Assembly: GCA_937949785.1 (NCBI GenBank)
Contig: CALEDH010000008.1
Span: 5,845-69,844, forward strand
Length of the DNA: 64,000 nt
From: an uncultured Sulfolobales archaeon
GTDB lineage: Archaea > Thermoproteota > Thermoprotei_A > Sulfolobales > NBVN01
Direction of reading: 5' to 3'
Positions 48,565 to 58,518 of the stretch are shown one piece after another (position 1 is the first letter of the stretch; every line of letters starts with the position of its first letter). The position numbers and the translations under genes are program-made. Under the pieces are notes generated by a model. The model saw nothing but the letters and a program-made list of their open reading frames with translations, was not told where the DNA came from and ran no database searches.

Positions 48565-49383
48565 TTAAACCGCTCTGGGGTAAGAGCCTAAGACCTTAAT
48601 GTAGGGCACCTTCATAGACAACGACTTAAGAGCTTCTAAGCAATTAACATCTAATCTATGGCCTTCGAAATCTATGAAGAATACGTACTCCCATACCTTC
48701 TCCTTACTAGGCCTTGACTCAATCTTAGTTAAGTTAATCCCCCTAATAGCGAATTCCTCTAACGCCCTGTATAGGGAGCCAGGTATGTGTGGAAGTCCTA
48801 CGATTATCGATGTTTTATCCCTACCACTTACTTCGCAGTCTCTTAACGCTAGTACTAGGAACCTAGTGAAGTTGTTGGGGTTATCCTCTATTTCCCTAAC
48901 CACTACGTTCATCCCATATATCTCAGCAGCTCTTAAACTACCCACAGCGGCTGAGTCGCAGAGTTGTTTTTCCTTAATCATCCTAACTGCTGAGGAAGTA
49001 CTATAGTAGGGGATTAGCTCCACGTCTAAGCTACTTAAAAACCTACTACACTGTGCAAGTGCTTGGGGATGCGAATACACGTATCTAATACTTCCTAAAC
49101 TAACTCCTGGAAGCGCTATCAAGCAGTGAGATATCCTTAACTGTAACTCACCGTAGATCATAACGTTAAACTCTCTTAATAGGTCGTAAACCTCACCTAC
49201 ACTACCCTCTAACGAATTCTCAATAGGGATCACGCCGAACTCGCTTACCCCCCTCTCAACGTTCTCAAATACATCTTTAAACCTCCTACACGGAATGAGT
49301 AATGCGTTGCTAAAGAACATTAAAGAAGCTTCCTCACTATAGCTTCCCTCATCACCATAATATGAAACCTTAACTTCAGTCAT
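48565..49383 (-). CDS. pheA: Prephenate dehydratase with ACT domain
   Basis: PIENSLEG, SHPQALAQC, NFTRF and INLTKIESRP motifs. Confidence 0.95.
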   Translation of the reverse strand: MTEVKVSYYGDEGSYSEEASLMFFSNALLIPCRRFKDVFENVERGVSEFGVIPIENSLEGSVGEVYDLLREFNVMIYGELQLRISHCLIALPGVSLGSIRYVYSHPQALAQCSRFLSSLDVELIPYYSTSSAVRMIKEKQLCDSAAVGSLRAAEIYGMNVVVREIEDNPNNFTRFLVLALRDCEVSGRDKTSIIVGLPHIPGSLYRALEEFAIRGINLTKIESRPSKEKVWEYVFFIDFEGHRLDVNCLEALKSLSMKVPYIKVLGSYPRAV

Positions 49384-49550
49384 ACTTCAGTCCTAAATTA
49401 GAGACTTAACAGGTGTTTATTACTTAATATGAACCGCTATGTAAAAGTTTTACCTACTTTGATAGTCAACACTTAAATGGAGTTCTAAGCTTGGTTAGGA
49501 AACGTTTAAATATCCGGCGGAACTAAGTAGAGAGGTGTGAAAATGCACCA

Positions 49551-50072
49551 ATGGTAAAAAGAAAGTTAGTTGTAGATCCTTCTAAATGCGTTGGATGTAG
49601 GTACTGCGAATTGTGGTGTTCCTTCAAACACGAGGGGGTCTTTAGTACCTCTTTATCAAGGATCTCCTTAATCAAGGACGATAGGTTAGGTTTAGACTAC
49701 CCCGTTGTCTGCGAGTTCTGCGACCCGGCCCCATGCGTTGCGTCATGCCCTACAGGTGCTTTAAATGTGTTAAGTAACGGTGTTATATACGTAGATGTCG
49801 GGAAATGCGTTAGCTGCTCAGAATGTGTTACCTCATGTCCCTACAACGTATTAAAATTACACCCGATCACATCTAAACCTATAGTATGTGATTTATGTGG
49901 TGGAAGCCCTATATGCGTTGTTAAATGCCCGACGAACGCGTTGAGGATCTACCCGGTAGGCGTTGTTGAGTATGGGTTAGAGGAGTTAGCAGCGCTTTTA
50001 GGTAAGCAGTTTAAGAGGGCTGCAGAAGCTCATAAAGGGTTAATGAGGTTATGGGGTGTGCGTGTTGAGTAG
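49551..50072 (+). CDS. Poly-[4Fe-4S] ferredoxin-like subunit (DmsB-type) of the downstream oxidoreductase
   Basis: Four cysteine clusters: CVGCRYCELWC, CEFC..APC...CP, CVSCSECVTSCP and CDLC...C...CP. Confidence 0.92.
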   Translation: MVKRKLVVDPSKCVGCRYCELWCSFKHEGVFSTSLSRISLIKDDRLGLDYPVVCEFCDPAPCVASCPTGALNVLSNGVIYVDVGKCVSCSECVTSCPYNVLKLHPITSKPIVCDLCGGSPICVVKCPTNALRIYPVGVVEYGLEELAALLGKQFKRAAEAHKGLMRLWGVRVE

Positions 50073-52065
50073 ACTTTACGGTTATGCTGGAAAGGTTTTA
50101 AGGATTAACTTAAGTAGCTATGACGTTAAGGTTGAGGAAACACGTAAGGAGTTGGTTAGAGGGTACTTAGGAGGTAGGGGTTTAAACGCCCGTAGGTTAT
50201 ACGATGAAGTAGGTCCTAACGTAGACCCGCTGAGCCCTGAGAATAGGTTAATGATATCTACAGGTCCTCTAGCTGGATTAGCATTCCCAATAGGTACGAG
50301 GCTCAACGTAACAGCTAAATCACCTCAGACAGGCCTTCTAGGAGATTCAAATGTAGGAGGACATTTCGCAGCGGAGATGAAGTTCGCTGGATTCGACCAA
50401 ATAGTTATTGAGGGTAGGTCTGAAAGACCTGTGTATTTATACGTTCATGACGGTTCTGTCGAATTTAGAAGTGCTAGCGGTTTAAGAGGTTTAACCATAT
50501 CTGAAGCCTACCGTGAGATCAGGAAGGAGTTAAGAGATGTAAGAGCTCAAATAGCTCTAATAGGCCCTTCAGCTGAGAACCTCGTAAAATTTTCAGGGAT
50601 ATTCTTCAACGTGTACAGACCTGCAGCTAGGACCGGGTTAGGGGCGGTCCTCGCATCGAAGAACGTTAAAGCAATAGTAGTTAGAGGTGATGGGTATGTA
50701 GAGGTAGCGGATTCTAAGAGGTTTGAAGAATTTGTAAGCTTTATTGAGGAATTGATTTACAGCCACCAACAATACTGGCCTAGAAGGGTAATGGGTACGT
50801 CGAGAATACTACTAGCAGCTAATATGTTAGGATTCCTCCCAGTAAGGCATTTCCAGGATAGCGTAGCTGATTACCCATACGGAGTTAGCGGTGAGAGACT
50901 GGCATTAGAGTATAACGTTAAGAATAGGAGTTGCTTCTCATGCGTGCTTCCATGCAGTAGGTTCTACGTGGTGAAGTACGGGACGTATGAGGGTTGCTTT
51001 GGTGAAGGTCCAGAATATGAAGCATTAGCAGGTATGACTGTTAGAATAGGTATTAAAGACTTAAACGCTGCCTTAAAGCTAGTCAGTCTAATCAATGATT
51101 TAGGTATGGACGTCATCTCAGTTAGTGAGGTCATATCTTGGTGTATGGAGTTATTTGAGAGAGGTCTCCTAAATAAGGATGAAGTAGGCTTAAACCTTGA
51201 ATGGGGTGATGTTAACTCAGTAACTCAGCTAGTAGAAATGATATCACGTAGGGAGGGATTCGGTGGCTTACTCGCCGACGGAGTTGCTAAAGCTGCTGAA
51301 AGGCTTGGGAGGGGTGATGAGCTAGCCTTCCATGTAAAGGGTTTAGAAATGATTCAAGCAGATCCTAGAGGACTGAAAGGCTATGGGTTAGGGTTTGCTG
51401 TGGCGAGTAGGGGTGCAGATCACCTACGTTCAGAGCCCTTCATAGAATTAGCAGATGACCCAAGACTAGGTGCCGAGTTATTCGGAGAGCCTGAAGCAAC
51501 TTTAAGGTTAGGGGTTAAAGGTAAGGGAAAACTCGTTGCTTACTACGAGAACTGGTGCGCCGTCGTTGATTCAATAGAAGTATGTAAGAACATCGCTGAA
51601 AACATGGAGATATTAACATTCGACCGAATAGCTGAGTTGTTAAACATAGTTACGGGCATTGAGGTGTCTAAGGATGACGTCATTGCTGTAGGTGAACGGA
51701 TAGTTAATTTGGAGAGAGCTTATCTAGCTAGGGAGGGTATTAGGAGGAAGGATGACAGACTTCCGAAGAGGTTCTTAGTAGAGCGTATAAAGGATGGACC
51801 TTCGAAGGGGCATATCATAGAGTTGGAGACAATGTTAGATGAGTACTATGAAGTACGTGGTTGGGATCTGATTAATGGCTTACCAACTACTAGGAAATTA
51901 GTTGAGTTAGGGCTTAGCGATGTAGTGGAAGATCTTGAACGTAGGGGTATTAAACTATTAGATGGTAAGGACTTAACCAGCGGCTTACCAACTATGGAGA
52001 AGTTCACCGATAAATTAGCTAAGTTAAGGCTTAGTGACGTGGTGGCTAGGTTATCAGGTGGTTAA
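50056..52065 (+). CDS. aor: Tungsten-containing aldehyde:ferredoxin oxidoreductase family (WOR) large subunit
   Basis: YLGGRG, AKSP.TG, DSNVGG, GAV..SKNVKAI, CFSCVLPC, GPEYE, DLGMD and RGADH motifs; start probably 50062 or 50065. Confidence 0.93.
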   Translation: MCVLSRLYGYAGKVLRINLSSYDVKVEETRKELVRGYLGGRGLNARRLYDEVGPNVDPLSPENRLMISTGPLAGLAFPIGTRLNVTAKSPQTGLLGDSNVGGHFAAEMKFAGFDQIVIEGRSERPVYLYVHDGSVEFRSASGLRGLTISEAYREIRKELRDVRAQIALIGPSAENLVKFSGIFFNVYRPAARTGLGAVLASKNVKAIVVRGDGYVEVADSKRFEEFVSFIEELIYSHQQYWPRRVMGTSRILLAANMLGFLPVRHFQDSVADYPYGVSGERLALEYNVKNRSCFSCVLPCSRFYVVKYGTYEGCFGEGPEYEALAGMTVRIGIKDLNAALKLVSLINDLGMDVISVSEVISWCMELFERGLLNKDEVGLNLEWGDVNSVTQLVEMISRREGFGGLLADGVAKAAERLGRGDELAFHVKGLEMIQADPRGLKGYGLGFAVASRGADHLRSEPFIELADDPRLGAELFGEPEATLRLGVKGKGKLVAYYENWCAVVDSIEVCKNIAENMEILTFDRIAELLNIVTGIEVSKDDVIAVGERIVNLERAYLAREGIRRKDDRLPKRFLVERIKDGPSKGHIIELETMLDEYYEVRGWDLINGLPTTRKLVELGLSDVVEDLERRGIKLLDGKDLTSGLPTMEKFTDKLAKLRLSDVVARLSGG

Positions 52066-52068
52066 GCA

Positions 52069-53402
52069 ATGGTCAGACAGTCAGCACGTAGGGAGATTTG
52101 GAGTAGTAGGGTAGGTATGGTCTTAGCATTAATAGGTGTTGCAGTAGGGTTAGGTAACGTATGGAGGTTCCCATACATGCTTGGGAAGTTTGGCGGCGCT
52201 GCCTTCCTCTTAGTTTACGTACTGTTAGTACTAGCTGTGGGGGTACCGGCTTTATGGGCTGAACTATCTCTAGCTAGGTACGTTAGGTCAGGTCCGTTTA
52301 AGGCGTATGTTAAACTGGGCATCACTGGCGGTAGGTTCATAGGTATCTTCCTCTTACTAGTTGCTGTAGCAGCGGTGTCATACTACTTAGTAGTTATTGG
52401 TTGGGTACTATGGTACTTCATAGCATCTGTCTTCGGAATGTACTTAAATACGGATTCAGCAACGTTCTTCGGCCAGACATTAAGTAGTTTCTGGGTTCAA
52501 GTGTTGATGGATTCCCTAGTTATAGGGTTCTGCGTTGCCATATGCTTAGGTGGTGTGAGGAGAGGTATTGAGAGGGCGAGTAAGTATTTAATGCCTTTAG
52601 TGTATGCTGTGTTACTTCTCATAATGGCTAGAGCTTTAACATTACCTAACGCTGTTGAGGGCCTCTACTTCTACTTAAGGCCTGAATGGTCTTTACTCAC
52701 ACCAGTTACGTTATTAACGGCTACTGGTCAAGTATTCTTCAGCTTAGGTTTAGGAGCTACATGGATATTCATGTACGGGTCTTACATAGATGATGATAGA
52801 AGCGTGGTTGAGGCTGGTGGGTGGACAGCCTTCGGCGATACGTTAGCATCATTTATAGCTGGACTGGCAATCCTGCCAACAGTTTATGCGTTCGGTGTTG
52901 ACCCAGGAAGCGGTCCACCACTACTCTTCATAACACTTCCAGAGATATTTAAGATGATGCCGATGGGTGTTATGTTAGCGTCGTTAATGTTTTTAGGGCT
53001 GTTATTCGCAGCTATACTATCAGCTATTCCAGCATTTGAGATATATTCTCAGATGCGTTGCAGGAATTCGGGTGGTCTAGAAGGAAATCGGTAATCACCT
53101 TAGCAGCCTTAGAGTTATTACTTGGAATCCCTTCAATGCTAAGCGTTGACGTCATACTGTATAATGATTTGATATGGTCTTCAGCGCTTCAGGTAGGGTC
53201 GTTAATAGCTATTACTGCCTTCACCACCGCCTTAGGTAGGGGAAGAGCTTTAGTAGAGTTAGGTAAGTCATCGTCGTTTAGAACATATATAGAATCGACA
53301 AGGTGGTTAGGCAACTTAATCTACTACTGGACTAGATATGCTGTCCCACTCATAATAGCTTTAATACTTGTATATGGATGGTATTCATGGTTTACATCCT
53401 AG
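52069..53402 (+). pseudogene. NSS (SNF/LeuT-like) sodium-dependent transporter split by a frameshift at about 53041-53046
   Basis: AVGLGNVWRFPY, GGAAF, QVFFSL and GPPLLF motifs. ORFs 52069..53094 and 53058..53402 join as ...AFEIFSDALQEFGW... if one AT of ATATAT is removed. Confidence 0.85.
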
Positions 53403-53412
53403 GTGACTTAAC

Positions 53413-53682
53413 ATGAAGAAGTTAATTGTCAGGGTTAAAGAGGTAAGAGGTAGGTGTAATGTTCACGTAGTCGGTGACTACTTCGAAGTTTACGGTAGTA
53501 GGATTACGTTACCGCCTGGCAAGCATATATGTTTCTACTCCCTATCAAGTTTAATTCCATTACTACCCGCTAAGCAGAGGAAGATCGATGAACCAGGTGA
53601 TTGGATGTTGAAAGTGAAGGAGGTTGAATGCCCTGACCCCGAAGGAAGGGTAATATGGGAGATCGTTGATGTATCTGAGTAG
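53413..53682 (+). CDS. TIGR04076 family small Cys-rich protein
   Basis: GRC..H.VGD.F, HIC...L and ECPDP motifs. Confidence 0.8.
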   Translation: MKKLIVRVKEVRGRCNVHVVGDYFEVYGSRITLPPGKHICFYSLSSLIPLLPAKQRKIDEPGDWMLKVKEVECPDPEGRVIWEIVDVSE

Positions 53683-53727
53683 TTTTGACTAGATGTAAAT
53701 TTTTACAATGGTTGGTTCTTATCTTAA

Positions 53728-55701
53728 CTACCTTATTTGCTCTGGGATTCTCACACCTAGAAGTACTATAGCTATTAACACTAATAGGATTAGAGCTATG
53801 AGGGACGTCATTAAGTCTGCTGTGTAGTTAGTTGCTGCGGAGCTTACCTCACCTACGGTTTTAGTCTCAGTTACCACCACTGTCTTCGTTACTACCTCAC
53901 TACATGGTTGTTGGGTAGTGGTTATGTAGGGTAACGCCTTACCAACATATTTCAAGCTTAAATATGTTGAGAGCAGCATTGAGAGCCTAGCTAGCATATA
54001 TGTTTGATACTGTGGGTCGGAAGTATATGCGTTAGCTAATTCCATATATGCTACAACATCAATCGGTGTTGTAGTGTTTAACATACTTAAGATTAGTGAT
54101 ATAGTTCTATTTAACGCTTCAACTGAAGCGGTATAGTTATTTGTAAACATTGAGGTTAACGTTAGGTACATATATCCTAGTGAGCTTAAACCAACTGCAA
54201 ACTTATCTAAGTTATTGCTTAGAGAACTCATCAACGTATATCTTATGTAGGCATCGTTAAGTATATCTGACTGCCCTTTCGTAGAGTTGGAGAAGGCGAT
54301 TATGTAGGCATAGATGTTTTGAGCGAGAGCTTCAATATTTACAACCATATTACTTAGATCTTCGGATGAGACGTACTCACCAACTAATGCGTGTTCCAGT
54401 AATTTAAGCCATAGCTTGGCTGTGTATACTCTTGCATCAGCTAACCCTAAGTAATAAGTAGACGTGGATAGTTCCTGAGAACTTAGGCTGTTATTTAAGT
54501 ATATTAATGCGTCATAAGCTCTCTCCAACACGTTTGCTAATACATTAATCACACCTAGGTCTACGTGCTCACCCACTAGGTTGTGGGCTGTAGTGATGAC
54601 GTCGTTTATTGATTTGTTTACGTTCCTAGCTTCAGATGTTAAGTACGTTCGATCTAGTAGTGTTTTAAGTAGGTGGTACCGCCATTTAGCATGTATAAGT
54701 GCTTGGAAGTAGGCTGATGAAGCAGCATATAGTAGTTGTTGGCTCTCCAACATATTAGCTCTTAACACAGTGTTATTTATGGAGAGCTCAATACTGCTAA
54801 GTAGGTTCCTAACGTACTGTACGTCAGTACCGCTTAAGGTTTTAAGTACATTACCCTTAATGGAATCCCCATCACTAACGTATCTCTGAACCTCACCGCT
54901 GATATCGCCAACCCACTCAGCAAATATGGGGTCTATCTTAGATCTCATTCTACTAATTACAGCATAACCCCCACCATCTAACACCTTAAATAAACCATCG
55001 CTAAGTATTTCTAGGGCGTCGTAGATGTTAGCAATAGGTATTACCTCAACACCTAACTTCCTACCGTAATCGATTAAGTCGGTAACTACTTGCTGAGTTC
55101 TATATATGATCAGATTTCCCCTCCTCTCCTCAACTGTAACATAGCTAACATCGTATGTCTGACCGTAGGGTACTAAGAACTTCTTAGCTCCTACACCTGC
55201 AGCAGCTTCAAGCTTTGCTTTAAGACCTCCTACAGGACCTATACTTCCATCAGGCATGATCATCCCAGTCATAATTACATCGCCATGTATAGGTATCCCT
55301 AGTAAGGAAGCTGCAAATGCTGCTGAGGTCACCGCGCTTGCGCTAGGACCACCCACTATAGGTGATTCAGCCTTTATTGACATATAGTAATCGCAGCTCA
55401 TGAAATCCACACCGGCTAACCTACTAGCTACTAAAGCAGCAATCCTAGTAGATGCTTGAAGGTCTATCTGACTTAACGGTAAGGTCTCAACGAACACATG
55501 TCCTGAGCCGGGACATACTACACGGACGTAAAGATCGGCGGTCACACCTACATAACTACCATTAGGTAAGGAACTCACTGCAACTACTTTCACTTTACTG
55601 GTGTTATCATATATTGATGCATCAACTATGTAGGCCTGGACAATACTTAAAGCTAAGATAGTAAGTATTACATAGTTAACTAAGTTATGCATTGCCAACA
55701 C
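53728..55701 (-). CDS. Archaeal Lon-like (S16) surface serine protease (COG1750-like)
   Basis: Signal peptide; VGGPSAS catalytic Ser; TG.I.PDG.IGPVGG..AK catalytic Lys; Thr-rich linker and C-terminal TM helix. Confidence 0.9.
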   Translation of the reverse strand: MLAMHNLVNYVILTILALSIVQAYIVDASIYDNTSKVKVVAVSSLPNGSYVGVTADLYVRVVCPGSGHVFVETLPLSQIDLQASTRIAALVASRLAGVDFMSCDYYMSIKAESPIVGGPSASAVTSAAFAASLLGIPIHGDVIMTGMIMPDGSIGPVGGLKAKLEAAAGVGAKKFLVPYGQTYDVSYVTVEERRGNLIIYRTQQVVTDLIDYGRKLGVEVIPIANIYDALEILSDGLFKVLDGGGYAVISRMRSKIDPIFAEWVGDISGEVQRYVSDGDSIKGNVLKTLSGTDVQYVRNLLSSIELSINNTVLRANMLESQQLLYAASSAYFQALIHAKWRYHLLKTLLDRTYLTSEARNVNKSINDVITTAHNLVGEHVDLGVINVLANVLERAYDALIYLNNSLSSQELSTSTYYLGLADARVYTAKLWLKLLEHALVGEYVSSEDLSNMVVNIEALAQNIYAYIIAFSNSTKGQSDILNDAYIRYTLMSSLSNNLDKFAVGLSSLGYMYLTLTSMFTNNYTASVEALNRTISLILSMLNTTTPIDVVAYMELANAYTSDPQYQTYMLARLSMLLSTYLSLKYVGKALPYITTTQQPCSEVVTKTVVVTETKTVGEVSSAATNYTADLMTSLIALILLVLIAIVLLGVRIPEQIR

Positions 55702-55776
55702 CGTAAACCCCTACTTACAAAAAGTATTATTTTTATTCTTATTAGATTTTAAGAAAATCGTGAAGTAATTTGTTAC

Positions 55777-56499
55777 TTAAACCTTAATTTTAATTAACGC
55801 GTTTAGAGACAGTCTACCAGCCCTCTCAACATACCTACGGAGTTCCTCAGCTGTGGCGAAGCCTAACTCCTCAACGAGGGAGTCACTTACCAGTAGGAGA
55901 GCTCCTGACTTAACACCCCTCAAAGAGCTTAACGCGAAGACCGTAGAACATTCCATCTCCACAGCTATTATACCCCTACTCGTCCACTTCTTCACGAAGT
56001 CCGGGTCCTCAGCGTAGAATGCATCACTACTAACTACAGGCCCTACAACAAACTTAACACCTGATTTAACGACTTCATCAACAATGCTGTTAAGTACTTC
56101 GTAATTCGGTGCTGTCGCCATACATATGTTTTCCTTTAAATACTGGTAGAGTATACCTCCTTGATTATATGCAGCACCTGTTGGTATGACTACATCACCT
56201 ATACCTAGTCCCTTAACCATCGCCCCACACGTTCCAAACCTAATGATAACCTTAGCACCTAACATTATGAGTTCTTCAACTACTATAGCTGATGAAGGAC
56301 CTCCAATCCCGTGGGTCGCTACGGTGACTGGGACGCCCTCATAAATACCAGTATATACTAGGAGGCCCCTATTACTGTTGACCAGTTTAGGCCCTTCAAG
56401 AAGTGATGTTAGCTGTTCGATACGCGCTGGGTCCCCCCCAATAATCACCCTCTCAGCTATCTCCCCCTTCTTAGCCCTTATTATAACTGGATTCACCAT
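55777..56499 (-). CDS. Purine nucleoside phosphorylase (DeoD/UDP family)
   Basis: GDPAR, HGIGGPS, RFGTCG, SSDAFY and VEME motifs. Confidence 0.92.
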   Translation of the reverse strand: MVNPVIIRAKKGEIAERVIIGGDPARIEQLTSLLEGPKLVNSNRGLLVYTGIYEGVPVTVATHGIGGPSSAIVVEELIMLGAKVIIRFGTCGAMVKGLGIGDVVIPTGAAYNQGGILYQYLKENICMATAPNYEVLNSIVDEVVKSGVKFVVGPVVSSDAFYAEDPDFVKKWTSRGIIAVEMECSTVFALSSLRGVKSGALLLVSDSLVEELGFATAEELRRYVERAGRLSLNALIKIKV

Positions 56500-56693
56500 A
56501 AGTAAGACCTATAGAATTAATTATTGAAACTATTTAAACTTGTAGTGAGGTGGTAAGAGGAACGTTACTTTGAATACTAGAGGATTAGGACTTCTGCTAA
56601 TGCCCCTCACCCATCTACACTTCAGAAATATCTTAACATGAATTTGTAAATTTAAATATTTAAACCGCTATCTGCATAACTTTATGATATAAC

Positions 56694-57635
56694 ATGTCGC
56701 TAGTACGGTATCTATGTAAGAGGGTGTATCACTCAATCCCAACCTTTATTGGTGCTTTATTATTCATGTTTATATTAGTCCGTGTATTGCCTGGGGACCC
56801 GGCTAGACTGATAGCTGGGCCTGAAGCGCTCGAACAGGATGTGGAGAGGATTAGAGAGCAGCTAGGTCTTAATAAACCGTTACATGAGCAGTTCGTGGAC
56901 TACGTCGTAACCCTCATTAGAGGGGATCTCGGCAAGTCAATTAAGTTTAGGACGCCTGTCATTAACGAGGTATTAGCTAGGCTGCCTTATACCGTAGCAT
57001 TAGCATTTGTTGCTGAGGCTATAGCTATTGCTGTAGCATTACCCTTAGGTATAATATCTGCGTTAAGACCTAATTCTAAACTAACGTATGTGACGTCAGT
57101 CCTATCATTATTAGGGGCTTCCGCCCCTACATTCTGGGTAGCGCTCATGTTTATCTACATTTTCTCAGTGAACCTTAGGATACTTCCTTCAAGCGGTGCT
57201 GACAGTCCAAGACATATAATACTGCCTGCAGCTACGTTGTCCCTCCTTCTAATGGGTAATCTAACTAGGATTACTAGGTCGTCGGTTATTGAAGCGTTGA
57301 ATAGTAATCATATATTAACAGCTATTGCTAAGGGGCTTAGGGAAAGAGCTATACTGATGAGGCATGTCCTTAAAAACTCTATGATACCCATAGTCACTTT
57401 AATGGGTCTTCAGATAGGTAGCCTCTTAGGCGGTGCTATCATCACTGAAACGGTGTATGCGTGGCCTGGCATAGGATCCTTACTTATAGACTCAATATTC
57501 TTCAGGGATTACACATTAATTCAAGGTATAATACTCTTCATAGTGTTGGCGTTCATAGTTATAAACATAGTGGTTGATGTGATTTACGCATTCATAGATC
57601 CGAGGATAAGGGATCTCCTGTGGAGGACAGGTTAA
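56694..57635 (+). CDS. dppB: Peptide ABC transporter permease (DppB-like)
   Basis: PGDPA, GDLGKS, AKGL...H..KN and WPGIG motifs. Confidence 0.9.
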   Translation: MSLVRYLCKRVYHSIPTFIGALLFMFILVRVLPGDPARLIAGPEALEQDVERIREQLGLNKPLHEQFVDYVVTLIRGDLGKSIKFRTPVINEVLARLPYTVALAFVAEAIAIAVALPLGIISALRPNSKLTYVTSVLSLLGASAPTFWVALMFIYIFSVNLRILPSSGADSPRHIILPAATLSLLLMGNLTRITRSSVIEALNSNHILTAIAKGLRERAILMRHVLKNSMIPIVTLMGLQIGSLLGGAIITETVYAWPGIGSLLIDSIFFRDYTLIQGIILFIVLAFIVINIVVDVIYAFIDPRIRDLLWRTG

Positions 57636-58516
57636 TACTTGAAAGGATAGCTGAGGTCAGACGGAGACGTCTGAAAGAGGTTTGGGAGACGTTTAAATCT
57701 AATAGAGTGGCCTACGCATCGTTATATGTAGTGATGATCATAGTAGCGTTGATATTAGTAGGTTTTGTTTACACGCCTTACGGTCCCTACGACTTTGACT
57801 TAGGTAATGCCAGGCAACCTCCCTCCATTAAACACCCACTAGGAACTGATGAATTAGGTAGGGACATATTAAGTAGGTTAATGGTAGGGGGTAGGTATAC
57901 CATCGGCATCTCAGTAATCTCAGTCTTACTGGGGACGTTGTTGGGGAGCGTACTTGGACTCATCTCAGGCTACCTCGGCGGCAGTCTAGACACCGTAATA
58001 CAGAGGATTGTTGATGTTGCTTTAGCCTTCCCAACAACGTTGTTAGCAATAGCCCTCATGGTATCCCTCGGACCTGGGATGACTAGCCTCATAGTAGCAA
58101 TATCCTTAAGTACTTTCCCAGTGTATGCTAGATTGGTTAGAGGTACAGTCCTACAGTTAGTTAATGAAGATTATATAACGGCAGTTAAGTTGTTGGGGAG
58201 GACTTCCTGGTATATAATGTTCAAACACGTACTGCCTAACATCTTACCAGTAATAGTGGTACAGTCTACATATTACTTAGGGTTTTCAATACTTTTAGCA
58301 TCGTCTTTAGGGTTCTTAGGCCTCGGGATCCCGCCGCCGACACCTGAGTGGGGTGCAATGATAGGAGGAGGTAGGGTCTACCTCTTCAGCTCCCCACATA
58401 TAGTAGTGTTTCCGGGATTGTTCATAATGGCTGTAGCGCTAGCCTTTAACTTAATCGGCGACGGCCTTAGGTACGCGTTAGACCCTAAGTCTAGGATGTT
58501 TATTAGGAGGTTTTAA
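57620..58516 (+). CDS. dppC: Peptide ABC transporter permease (DppC-like)
   Basis: HPLGTDELGRD, HVLPN and LGFLGLG.PPP.PEWG motifs. Confidence 0.9.
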   Translation: MEDRLILERIAEVRRRRLKEVWETFKSNRVAYASLYVVMIIVALILVGFVYTPYGPYDFDLGNARQPPSIKHPLGTDELGRDILSRLMVGGRYTIGISVISVLLGTLLGSVLGLISGYLGGSLDTVIQRIVDVALAFPTTLLAIALMVSLGPGMTSLIVAISLSTFPVYARLVRGTVLQLVNEDYITAVKLLGRTSWYIMFKHVLPNILPVIVVQSTYYLGFSILLASSLGFLGLGIPPPTPEWGAMIGGGRVYLFSSPHIVVFPGLFIMAVALAFNLIGDGLRYALDPKSRMFIRRF

Positions 58517-58518
58517 AT

